NCBI GenBank assembly: GCA_022703055.1
Contig: JAKLEP010000001.1
Location: 346,850-410,849 of the forward strand
Source: Candidatus Omnitrophota bacterium
GTDB taxonomy: Bacteria > Omnitrophota > Gorgyraeia > VGKH01
DNA: 64,000 nucleotides
Reading direction: 5' to 3'
Both the position numbers and the translations under genes were made by a program. Shown one piece after another: positions 49,724 through 57,584 of this stretch (positions are counted from its first letter, which is position 1; each line of letters begins with the position of its first letter). The notes beneath the pieces were generated by a model. That model did not search any database and was not told where the DNA came from. It saw only the letters and a list, made by a program, of their open reading frames with translations.

Positions 49724-50541
49724 TGCGCATAATAATATCAGTTTTTATTTTATTTTTCTTTTGCGCGGCAGCTCATTGTCAGGAGGCAGATCAGCAGTTC
49801 TCGGAGTTTAATCTCTCCGGCCATTCCAAGACCGGTGAAAAAACCTGGGAAGTAAAAGGCGAGACTGCCGATGTTCTGGAAGATTCGGTAAAACTTAAAA
49901 ACATCGACGCTGATCTCTACGGCAAAGAAAAGGTCAACCTTAAGGCGCAAACGGGAGATCTCAATAAAACAAGCGGGGACATGCATCTTGAGAAGGATGT
50001 CGTGGCTACCACCGAAACCGGCTCGAAACTGACCACTGATTCCTTGGACTGGAACCGCACTTCCAATCTGGTGACGACCAAAGATCCGGTGAAAATCGAG
50101 CAGAAAAATATTACTGCCACCGGAACCGGGGCTAAAGCCCACACCGACTTGAAAAAGGCCCAGCTCAATGAAGAAGTCCAGGTCGAGATCCAGACCGAAG
50201 ACGCAAACAAGAATTTAAAGAAGACTGTGATTACCTGCGACGGGCCGCTGGATATCGATTATCAGAATTCCATGGCGGTTTTTAACGACAACGTGCGCGT
50301 CAAAGACGAAAACGGCGAGATGACATCCAAAACCATGGAAGTTTTCTTTGACAGCCAGACCAAATCCATAGTCAAGATCATTGCCAAAGGCAATGTCAAG
50401 ATTGTGCGTGACGGAAACGAAAGCTTCAGCCAGGGCGCGATTTATACCGCCAAAGACAAGAAGATTACTTTGATCGGCCGGCCCAGGCTTATTCTTTATT
50501 CAGAAAAAGGAGCATTTGATAATGCGGCTTTTGGAAACTAA
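49723..50541 (+). CDS. LptC-like + LptA/OstA_N-like fused periplasmic LPS transport protein
   Basis: 272 aa. N-terminal anchor/signal. Two consecutive beta-jellyroll-type repeats. The second carries the LptA-like pattern AVFNDNVRV...AKGNVKIVRDG...AIYTAKDKKITLIG. Located between kdsC and lptB. Confidence 0.6.
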   Translation: MRIIISVFILFFFCAAAHCQEADQQFSEFNLSGHSKTGEKTWEVKGETADVLEDSVKLKNIDADLYGKEKVNLKAQTGDLNKTSGDMHLEKDVVATTETGSKLTTDSLDWNRTSNLVTTKDPVKIEQKNITATGTGAKAHTDLKKAQLNEEVQVEIQTEDANKNLKKTVITCDGPLDIDYQNSMAVFNDNVRVKDENGEMTSKTMEVFFDSQTKSIVKIIAKGNVKIVRDGNESFSQGAIYTAKDKKITLIGRPRLILYSEKGAFDNAAFGN

Positions 50542-51244
50542 CGGTTTAGCCAAGGCATACGACGGCAGGAAAGTCGTCGACGGTGTAAGCTTCTCTATCA
50601 AGAGGGGCGAGATCGTCGGGCTTCTTGGCCCGAACGGTGCCGGCAAGACCACCATATTTTATATGATCGTGGGGATTATCCCGGCAGAAGCAGGGAAAAT
50701 ATTTTTTGACCAGACAGATATTACCCGTTTAGCCATCCATGACCGCTGCCGCCTAGGAATGGGGTATCTGCCGCAGGATGCATCGATTTTCCGTAAATTA
50801 TCGGTCGAGGATAATATCCTGGCGATATTAGAGACTTTGAATATCAGCCGCACCGAAAGAAACAGAAGATTAAGGAAACTATTGAACGAATTAAACATTG
50901 CGCATTTAGCGAAAAACAAAGCCTATACTCTTTCGGGTGGTGAAAGAAGAAGATTGGAGATAACCCGTGCACTGGTGACCAATCCATCGTTTATACTTTT
51001 GGATGAGCCGTTTTCCGGGATTGATCCGATAATCGTCGCTGATGCGCAGGAGATCATAAAAGAACTAAAAGCCAAGGGATTGGGAATTTTACTTACCGAT
51101 CATAATGTCCGGGAGACGCTTTCTATAACCGATAGGGCATACTTAATCGCGGAGGGAAAGATTCTGATTTCTGGCTCAGCCGAGCAGCTTATCAACGAGC
51201 CCAAGGCGCGCCAGATTTATCTCGGAGAAAAGTTTAAAATGTAA
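50522..51244 (+). CDS. lptB: LPS export ABC transporter ATPase
   Basis: Walker A GPNGAGKTT, signature LSGGERRRLE, Walker B ILLDEP. ATG 50522 is preferred over TTG 50516. Confidence 0.9.
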   Translation: MRLLETNGLAKAYDGRKVVDGVSFSIKRGEIVGLLGPNGAGKTTIFYMIVGIIPAEAGKIFFDQTDITRLAIHDRCRLGMGYLPQDASIFRKLSVEDNILAILETLNISRTERNRRLRKLLNELNIAHLAKNKAYTLSGGERRRLEITRALVTNPSFILLDEPFSGIDPIIVADAQEIIKELKAKGLGILLTDHNVRETLSITDRAYLIAEGKILISGSAEQLINEPKARQIYLGEKFKM

Positions 51245-51248
51245 GTGA

Positions 51249-51470
51249 GGACACGGCTTATGGAGCGATAGCGAACATAAGTCGTGAGTCCGAACTTACC
51301 CCGCCCTCTAAGCGGAGCAAAGGGGGTGGAGACAATAAGTAAACCATACCCGGTTTTTCTATGCGTCATAGTGATACTTAAAGCATAGAGGGCGGGGTTC
51401 AATTCACAGACGGCTTCGCCTACGACTTACGTCGTTGGCACTCCGTAAGTCGTCTGTTCATTGAAGGAAA
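51249..51470 (+). repeat. Composite structured intergenic element, copy C (extra upstream hairpin, 77 nt loop)
   Basis: Upstream hairpin GGACACGGCTTATG...CATAAGTCGTGAGTCC. Arms CCCCGCCCTCT (51299-51309) and AGAGGGCGGGG (51387-51397), then TTCAATTC. P1 is ACAGACG/CGTCTGT, P3 is GACTTACG/CGTAAGTC. Ends TCATTGAAGGA. Confidence 0.65.
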
Positions 51471-51478
51471 ATGTTAAA

Positions 51479-52378
51479 ATGAACGCAACAGTCAAAAAGA
51501 TTGATGCCTGCAAGAGAGAAATGGTAATTAGCATACCCAAGGAAGTTGTCCAGAGTAAATTTGATGAAGTCTATAAGCTGATTCAGAAAAAAGCCCAGAT
51601 TAAAGGTTTTCGCGTCGGCACTGCGCCGATGCATCTGGTGCAATCGGAGCATAGCCAATTGGCCAGGGAAGAGGTCTTGAAGGATTTGATCCCCAATTCC
51701 TACAAAGAGGCATTGGAGAAGGAGAATTTGCTGCCGGTGGATCTGCCTGAAGTAACTGATGTATCATTCAAGGATGGCGGATTGACTTTTAAGGCTTCAT
51801 TTGAAGTCGTGCCGGAAGTCAAGATTAAGAAATACAAGGGATTAGAGGTAAAAAGGAAGAAAACCGCTGTCACCGACGAGGATATAAAGAAAAGCTTTGA
51901 ATTCCTGCGCAAATCCCAGGGCCTTGATGACAAAACCCAGATTGACGATACCTTTGCCAAGGGCTTAGGATATCCGAATTTGAAAGAATTAGAGGATACC
52001 ATAAAAAAGCAGATGGAATTTTCCAAGCAGCAGGAAGCCAGGAATGATATTGAAAACCAGATTGCCGAGCAATTGCTTAAGAATTCGGAATTGGATATCC
52101 CCCAGAGTTCGTTAACCAAGCAATTAGAGTATCTCCTGGAAGATACCAAGCAGCGCATGGCCCACCAAGGCGTTAAAAAAGAGGAAATCGATTCCAAAGA
52201 ACAGACGATCAAAGAGAAATTAAAGCCGCTGGCGGAAAATGACGTGAAATTATATTTCATCCTGGATAAAATCGCCGAGCTTGAGAATATAAAGGTTGAT
52301 AAGCCGGAGCACAAAACGGCCAAAGTCATGGAATTTTTATTAAAAGAAGCGAAATGGTCAAATGAGGACACAACTTAA
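51479..52378 (+). CDS. tig: Trigger factor lacking the PPIase (FKBP) domain
   Basis: ~299 aa from ATG 51479. Ribosome-binding signature GFRVGTAP in the N-domain. The N-domain runs directly into the C-terminal arm region. Located upstream of clpP. Confidence 0.75.
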   Translation: MNATVKKIDACKREMVISIPKEVVQSKFDEVYKLIQKKAQIKGFRVGTAPMHLVQSEHSQLAREEVLKDLIPNSYKEALEKENLLPVDLPEVTDVSFKDGGLTFKASFEVVPEVKIKKYKGLEVKRKKTAVTDEDIKKSFEFLRKSQGLDDKTQIDDTFAKGLGYPNLKELEDTIKKQMEFSKQQEARNDIENQIAEQLLKNSELDIPQSSLTKQLEYLLEDTKQRMAHQGVKKEEIDSKEQTIKEKLKPLAENDVKLYFILDKIAELENIKVDKPEHKTAKVMEFLLKEAKWSNEDTT

Positions 52379-52413
52379 GGAATGGAGTGACTTAAGTTGT
52401 CTGTCCGAATTTG

Positions 52414-52798
52414 ACCCTTGACATTTTATTTATGAAAGTTAATTCAATTTACTATTTTTATATATTAAAATGCAATGATGGTAGTAAATATTACGGTCAT
52501 ACCAATAATTTAGAAAAACGTTTTAAGGCTCATTCAGGTGGTCAGGTTTATTCTACTAGAGATAGACGTCCGCTTAAATTAGCTTACTGGGAAGAATTAG
52601 AAACTCGTTCAGAAGCTTTTAGAAGAGAAATGCAATTTAAGAATGGGAGAACTAGGAAAGAAACTATAGAAAAATTAATAGATTCTTTTCCTCAGGTAAA
52701 ATGTCAAGGGTTTAATTCGCAGGCGCCCCGATAAATCGGGGCTACGACTTACGTCGCTAAAGCTTCCGTAAGTCGACTGCTCATTAAAGGAGGTAGTA
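52414..52798 (+). mobile_element. Composite element copy D carrying GIY-YIG ORF 2 inside its hairpin
   Basis: 15 bp perfect inverted repeat ACCCTTGACATTTTA (52414-52428) / TAAAATGTCAAGGGT (52697-52711) brackets the ORF. Then TTAATTC, P1 GCAGGCG/CGACTGC, P2 CCCCGATAAATCGGGG (identical to copy A), P3 GACTTACG/CGTAAGTC, and TCATTAAAGGAGG before the clpP ATG. Confidence 0.55.
52432..52734 (+). CDS. Small GIY-YIG nuclease family protein (YhbQ/COG2827-like), copy 2
   Basis: ~100 aa. Motif YYFYILKCNDGSKYYGHTNNLEKRFKAH...R...E. Start uncertain (ATG 52432 or TTG 52411, no clear SD). The C-terminus reads through the right repeat arm into P2. Confidence 0.7.
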   Translation: MKVNSIYYFYILKCNDGSKYYGHTNNLEKRFKAHSGGQVYSTRDRRPLKLAYWEELETRSEAFRREMQFKNGRTRKETIEKLIDSFPQVKCQGFNSQAPR

Positions 52799-53404
52799 AT
52801 GGATGAGAGAATGCAGACCTTAGTGCCAATCGTTGTAGAGCAGACCGGTAGAGCCGAGAGGGCATACGATATTTATTCGCGCCTGCTTAAAGACAGGATC
52901 ATTTTTGTCGGGACTCCCGTCGATGATATGGTGGCAAATTTAATCATCGCCCAGATGCTTTTCTTGCAGATGGAGGATGTAAATAAAGACATAAATCTTT
53001 ATATCAATACTCCGGGTGGCCTGGTTACTGCGGGGCTTGCAATTTATGACACGATGCAGTTTGTCAAACCTGATGTCTGTACATACTGCATAGGACAGGC
53101 TAGCAGCATGGGCGCACTTCTTCTTACCGCAGGCACAAAAGGCAAGCGCTATGCGCTTCCCCATTCCAGGATTATGATCCACCAGCCGTGGGGCGGGGTT
53201 CAGGGTCAGGCAGCAGACATATCTATCCAGGCCAAAGAAATTTTGCGCTTAAGAGACAAGATTAATGAGATTCTCGCCCAGCATACGGGCAAGCCGCTTG
53301 ATAAAATCCAAAAAGACACAGACAGAGACTACTTTATGTCTCCGGAAGAAGCCAAAGAATACGGATTAATCGACGAGGTAATAGCCTCAACCAAGAAAAA
53401 ATAA
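52799..53404 (+). CDS. clpP: ATP-dependent Clp protease proteolytic subunit
   Basis: 201 aa. Catalytic contexts GQASSMGA and MIHQP. Follows tig. Confidence 0.95.
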   Translation: MDERMQTLVPIVVEQTGRAERAYDIYSRLLKDRIIFVGTPVDDMVANLIIAQMLFLQMEDVNKDINLYINTPGGLVTAGLAIYDTMQFVKPDVCTYCIGQASSMGALLLTAGTKGKRYALPHSRIMIHQPWGGVQGQAADISIQAKEILRLRDKINEILAQHTGKPLDKIQKDTDRDYFMSPEEAKEYGLIDEVIASTKKK

Positions 53405-53414
53405 GGAGAGAGAA

Positions 53415-54563
53415 ATGGAACAGCGTTTATTGACACCGGGGCCGACACCGCTACCGCCACAGGTACGCGAGGCATTAGCAAGACCAATAATTCATCATAG
53501 GACATCGCAATTCCAGCAAGTCATAAAGGAATCAGAGCAAGGTTTAAAAGAGATTTTTCAAACTAAAAACGACGTATTTATCCTTGCCTCTTCAGGAACA
53601 GGGGCGATGGAGGCAGCAGTCGCCAATTTACTTTCTCCCGGCGATAAAGCCATAACTATCCAGGGAGGAAAATTCGGCGAGAGATGGACCGAGCTTTGCA
53701 AAGCCTATAAAGCTGTGCCTATAGTCGTCGATGTGACTTGGGGAAAAGCGATAGACCCTAAACTTATCGCTGAGAAACTGGCTGCCGATAAAGATATCAA
53801 GGCAGTCTTTGCGACTTTGACCGAGACCTCCACCGGCGTTGATACCGATATAAAGGCGCTGGGCGAAGTGGTAAGGAATACGAGCGCATGTTTAGTAGTA
53901 GATGCCATAAGCGGTTTAGGCGCAGTAGATATTCAGACTGATAACTGGGGTGTAGATGTAGTCGTATCCGGCTCGCAGAAAGGATTAATGCTTCCTCCTG
54001 GATTAGGATTGATTAGCGTTAGCCCCAAAGCGATGAAATTAGTCGCGGAGTCAAAATCGCCGAGATATTACTTTGATTTGAAAGCCGCAAAAAAAGCTTT
54101 GGATAAAACTGATACGCCTTGGACCCCGGCTATAGGCTTAATGATCGCTCTTAATGAGAGCATTAATCTTATGAAAAAAGAGGGGCTGCAGAATATATTT
54201 AAACGCTGTAAGCTTGAGGGCGAAGCAATCCGGCAGGCAGCCAAGGCTTTGGGATTCACGGTTTTTGCCGACCCGAATTGTATGTCCAACGCCGTAACCG
54301 CAATCAACGTCCCGGCAGGACTCGACGGAGAACTGATGGTTAAGACCATGAAGGATAAATACGGCGTAACAATCGCCGGAGGCCAGGCGGAATTAAAAGG
54401 AAAGGTATTCCGCGCCGCCCACATGGGTTATATAAATAAGGAAGATATCATCTTTGCCCTTTCCACTATGGAAACGGTTTTAGATGAGATGGGATATTTT
54501 ACCCAGCATCCGGATATCAAAAAGGGAGCTGGAGTTTCTGCTGCAAAAAAGGTCTTAGGTTAA
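53415..54563 (+). CDS. Class V aminotransferase (serine-pyruvate / phosphoserine aminotransferase type)
   Basis: 382 aa. PLP-Lys context SGSQKGLM. Adjacent to serA, which suggests a role in the phosphorylated serine pathway. Confidence 0.7.
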   Translation: MEQRLLTPGPTPLPPQVREALARPIIHHRTSQFQQVIKESEQGLKEIFQTKNDVFILASSGTGAMEAAVANLLSPGDKAITIQGGKFGERWTELCKAYKAVPIVVDVTWGKAIDPKLIAEKLAADKDIKAVFATLTETSTGVDTDIKALGEVVRNTSACLVVDAISGLGAVDIQTDNWGVDVVVSGSQKGLMLPPGLGLISVSPKAMKLVAESKSPRYYFDLKAAKKALDKTDTPWTPAIGLMIALNESINLMKKEGLQNIFKRCKLEGEAIRQAAKALGFTVFADPNCMSNAVTAINVPAGLDGELMVKTMKDKYGVTIAGGQAELKGKVFRAAHMGYINKEDIIFALSTMETVLDEMGYFTQHPDIKKGAGVSAAKKVLG

Positions 54564-54593
54564 TCAATAACAATTTTCAAGACGGAGGATTTA

Positions 54594-56174
54594 ATGAAGG
54601 TTCTGATAAGCGATAAACTATCGGATGAAGGAGTGCAGATTCTTAAAAAAGAGAAGGAGCTTGAGGTCGATATCAAGACCGAACTTAAGCCCGAAGAGCT
54701 AAAACAGATCATCAAAGATTACGATGCTCTAGTGGTCAGAAGCGGAACCAAGGCAACCAAAGAGATAATTAATGCCGCCGCCAAATTAAAGGTTATCGGC
54801 CGCGCAGGCGTAGGTTTGGATAACGTTGACTTGGAAGCTGCTACAGCCCGTGGCATTATCGTCATGAATACTCCGGGCGGAAATACCATTTCCACCGCCG
54901 AGCATACCATGAGCATGATTTTAGCTTTATCCAGGAGCATACCGCAGGCATGTGCATCATTAAAAGCTGGGGAATGGAAACGCTCCAAGTTTATGGGAAC
55001 CGAGCTCTATAATAAAGTTCTTGGCGTCGTCGGATTGGGAAGAATCGGTACTGAAGTTGCCAAAAGATCTTTATCATTTGGAATGAAGGTAATCGCTTAT
55101 GATCCTTTTATTTCCCTGGAAGTGGCAAAGCAGATGGGCGTGGAAGTCATGGAATTAAAGGATGTTTTATCCAAGGCAGATTACATCACCATTCATACGC
55201 CTTTATCAGATGAAACCAAGCATTTGATTTCCGATAAAGAATTTGCGCTGATGAAGCCCACGGCAAAGATTATTAATTGCGCCAGAGGCGGAATCATCGA
55301 CGAGGGTGCTTTGGCTAAAGCGCTTGAGACAAAAAAGATTGCCGGAGCTGCGGTGGATGTCTTTGAGAATGAACCTCCAACCGGTTCTCCGCTTTTAAAG
55401 TTAGAGAATATTGTTATAACTCCGCATTTAGGCGCATCAACCGAAGAGGCGCAAGTAAATGTCGCCATCGAAATTGCCGAAGCGGTAAGAGACGCGCTTT
55501 TAGGCAGAGGCGTGAGGAATGCCGCGAATTATCCGTCGGTGGACCCCCAGACTTTTAAGGTTCTGGAACCCTACATCAACCTTTGCGAAAAACTCGGGCA
55601 ATTGTCCAGCCAATTGGCTGAAGGAAGAATCAGCCAGGTAGATATTAATTATAGCGGCCCGATTACCCAAAAGAAGACTGATCCTCTGACCATGGCATTG
55701 GTTAAAGGATTCTTAGAGCCGGTAGTCCAGGAGACGGTAAATTTTGTTAATGCCCTCAGCCTGGCTAAGGAAAGAGGCATTAAAATTCAGGAATCCAAGT
55801 CTGCCACCGAGGAGGAATTCGTTAATTTGATTTCCGTCGACGTAGTAACCGACAAAACAAAATTGACGGTAGCAGGAACTTTATCCAGCAACAACAAGCC
55901 TAGGATTGTAAAATTAGAGGAGTATTACGTAGAGGTAATCCCTCAAGGACATATGATAATTATCCATAATCTTGATAAGCCAGGCATAATCGGAACCATC
56001 GGAACATTATTGGCAAGCAAGAAAATAAACATCGCCGCGATGACTTTCGGCAGGAAAGAGGCGGGCGGCAAGTCGATATCCGTTATCAATGTCGATAGTC
56101 CAGTGCCGCAGGATATATTAGAAAAGATTCAAAAGTCTGAAAATATCATTTCTGCTAAGGTAATAAAATTATAA
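54594..56174 (+). CDS. serA: D-3-phosphoglycerate dehydrogenase (long form with ASB and ACT domains)
   Basis: 526 aa. NAD site GVVGLGRIGTEVA. Also CARGG and a C-terminal ACT domain. Confidence 0.9.
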   Translation: MKVLISDKLSDEGVQILKKEKELEVDIKTELKPEELKQIIKDYDALVVRSGTKATKEIINAAAKLKVIGRAGVGLDNVDLEAATARGIIVMNTPGGNTISTAEHTMSMILALSRSIPQACASLKAGEWKRSKFMGTELYNKVLGVVGLGRIGTEVAKRSLSFGMKVIAYDPFISLEVAKQMGVEVMELKDVLSKADYITIHTPLSDETKHLISDKEFALMKPTAKIINCARGGIIDEGALAKALETKKIAGAAVDVFENEPPTGSPLLKLENIVITPHLGASTEEAQVNVAIEIAEAVRDALLGRGVRNAANYPSVDPQTFKVLEPYINLCEKLGQLSSQLAEGRISQVDINYSGPITQKKTDPLTMALVKGFLEPVVQETVNFVNALSLAKERGIKIQESKSATEEEFVNLISVDVVTDKTKLTVAGTLSSNNKPRIVKLEEYYVEVIPQGHMIIIHNLDKPGIIGTIGTLLASKKINIAAMTFGRKEAGGKSISVINVDSPVPQDILEKIQKSENIISAKVIKL

Positions 56175-56202
56175 TCGGTAATTTAAAACCGGAGGGAGAG
56201 AA

Positions 56203-56421
56203 ATGAAAAGAATATTATTGCTTTCGGTTTTGTTGTTGGTGTTTTTGGCAATATCGGTTTCTTTTTATTTCAATAATATTTCCGCTCAAGAAAATCAGCC
56301 TACGCCTGAAGACAATGCGGCAATGGTGGCTAAACTAGATAAGATTTTGGAAAATCAGACCACTATCTTAAGCCATCTGGATATTATGAAGCAGGAAATA
56401 AGGGCCAGGTGCACGAGATAA
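56203..56421 (+). CDS. Small hypothetical membrane/secreted protein
   Basis: 72 aa. N-terminal hydrophobic helix. SD GGAGGGAG. Confidence 0.45.
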   Translation: MKRILLLSVLLLVFLAISVSFYFNNISAQENQPTPEDNAAMVAKLDKILENQTTILSHLDIMKQEIRARCTR

Positions 56422-57575
56422 TGAAAAAAATCATATTGTTTGCATTTTTAGTTGTATTAATCGCGGCAAATGTCTTTGCCGCTCCTCAGATTGCTGCCAA
56501 AGAAAAAGTTTTCGAACTTCCCGTTATGGCAGAAGGGAAAATCTACGGTTATTCATTTGTCGTGCAGAACTCAGGGGACCAGGAGCTGGCGGTTGAGCCT
56601 CTAAAGGTAAGCTGCGGCTGTGTCAAGATTATCGAGCCTAAGGGGCCGGTTACGCTTGCGCCGAAAGAAAAGTTGACCATATTATTCCAATTTGATACGA
56701 CTGGATACACTGCCCCGACGATAAAATACATTTTTATCAATACTAACGACCCCAAGCAGCCGGTATTGGCCGTCAAGCTGCTGGCAGATATCCGTCCCGA
56801 GAAAGATGTGCTTCTCTCGAGGTTTAAATCATTTAGCTGGCTGACAATCGTGACAGCCGGGTTAATTGACGGCATAAACCCTTGCGCCTTTACCGTGCTT
56901 ATATTCTTCATTTCATTTTTGGCATTCGCCGGATACAACCGTAAACAAACCGTAATTTTAGGATTATTTTTTATTATAACCGTGTTTTTTACTTATCTTG
57001 GGTTGGGGCTTGGGCTTTTCGAATTTTTGAAGAGGATGGCAATATTCAATCTGGTGTCCCAGGTCATTTATATGGCGGTAGCTTTTCTGGCATTGATATT
57101 GGGAGCAATCAGTTTGTATGACTGGTGGATTTTTAATAAGACCAAAGATGCGGATAAGGTAAAATTAAAGCTTCCGGGAATAATCAAGAGAAAAATTCAG
57201 GAAACCATAAGGGAAAAGACCGACGATAGGAGAGTTGCCGTTCAAAATAGGGCTATTTTGCGCCTTGTCTTAACGGCGATAAGCTGCGGATTTATAGTTT
57301 CGATTCTGGAATCTGTATGCACCGGACAATTGTATCTACCAACGATAGTTTATATCATGAAGATGCCTGAATTAAAAATTAGGGCACTTGCCTATTTGAT
57401 CCTATATAATCTTATGTTTATCGTGCCTTTGGTTATAATATTCTTGTTCGCTTTATGGGGAGTAACTTCGGATATGTTTGCGAAGCTGGCTCAGAAGCAT
57501 CTTGCGAAAATCAAGTTGCTGACAGCCTTGCTTTTCTTTTTATTGGGTTTATTACTTTTATTTATCGTCAGATAG
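56421..57575 (+). CDS. DUF1573 domain + CcdA/DsbD-like thiol-disulfide transporter membrane domain fusion
   Basis: Signal peptide. DUF1573 hallmark VSCGCV. Polytopic C-terminal half with GINPCAF and a second Cys in SVCTGQ. Start moved to ATG 56421. Confidence 0.65.
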   Translation: MKKIILFAFLVVLIAANVFAAPQIAAKEKVFELPVMAEGKIYGYSFVVQNSGDQELAVEPLKVSCGCVKIIEPKGPVTLAPKEKLTILFQFDTTGYTAPTIKYIFINTNDPKQPVLAVKLLADIRPEKDVLLSRFKSFSWLTIVTAGLIDGINPCAFTVLIFFISFLAFAGYNRKQTVILGLFFIITVFFTYLGLGLGLFEFLKRMAIFNLVSQVIYMAVAFLALILGAISLYDWWIFNKTKDADKVKLKLPGIIKRKIQETIREKTDDRRVAVQNRAILRLVLTAISCGFIVSILESVCTGQLYLPTIVYIMKMPELKIRALAYLILYNLMFIVPLVIIFLFALWGVTSDMFAKLAQKHLAKIKLLTALLFFLLGLLLLFIVR

Positions 57576-57584
57576 AGGTGGAAT

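Noticed and set aside
51387-51412. GGGCGGGGTTCAATTC resembling a tRNA T-arm (possible tRNA or tmRNA fragment)
   Set aside because: The bases after the TTCAATT loop do not pair back to GGCGGGG. No acceptor, D or anticodon arms can be drawn. The GGGCGGGG instead pairs with the upstream CCCCGCCC arm.
51700-52371. Long antisense ORFs opposite confident plus-strand genes. Examples are 51700-52371, 63043-63519, 48240-48722, 45467-45976, 46525-46980, 36648-37157 and 25049-25474.
   Set aside because: Each lies entirely within a plus-strand gene that has strong family motifs. Their products are low-complexity (Ser/Leu/Phe-rich), as expected for reverse-frame shadows of AT-rich coding sequence.
53191-53202. 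Extra match to the repeat arm (GGGCGGGGTTCA) inside clpP
   Set aside because: It encodes the conserved ClpP WGGVQGQ segment in frame. It has no complementary partner arm or downstream module nearby, so it is treated as coincidental.
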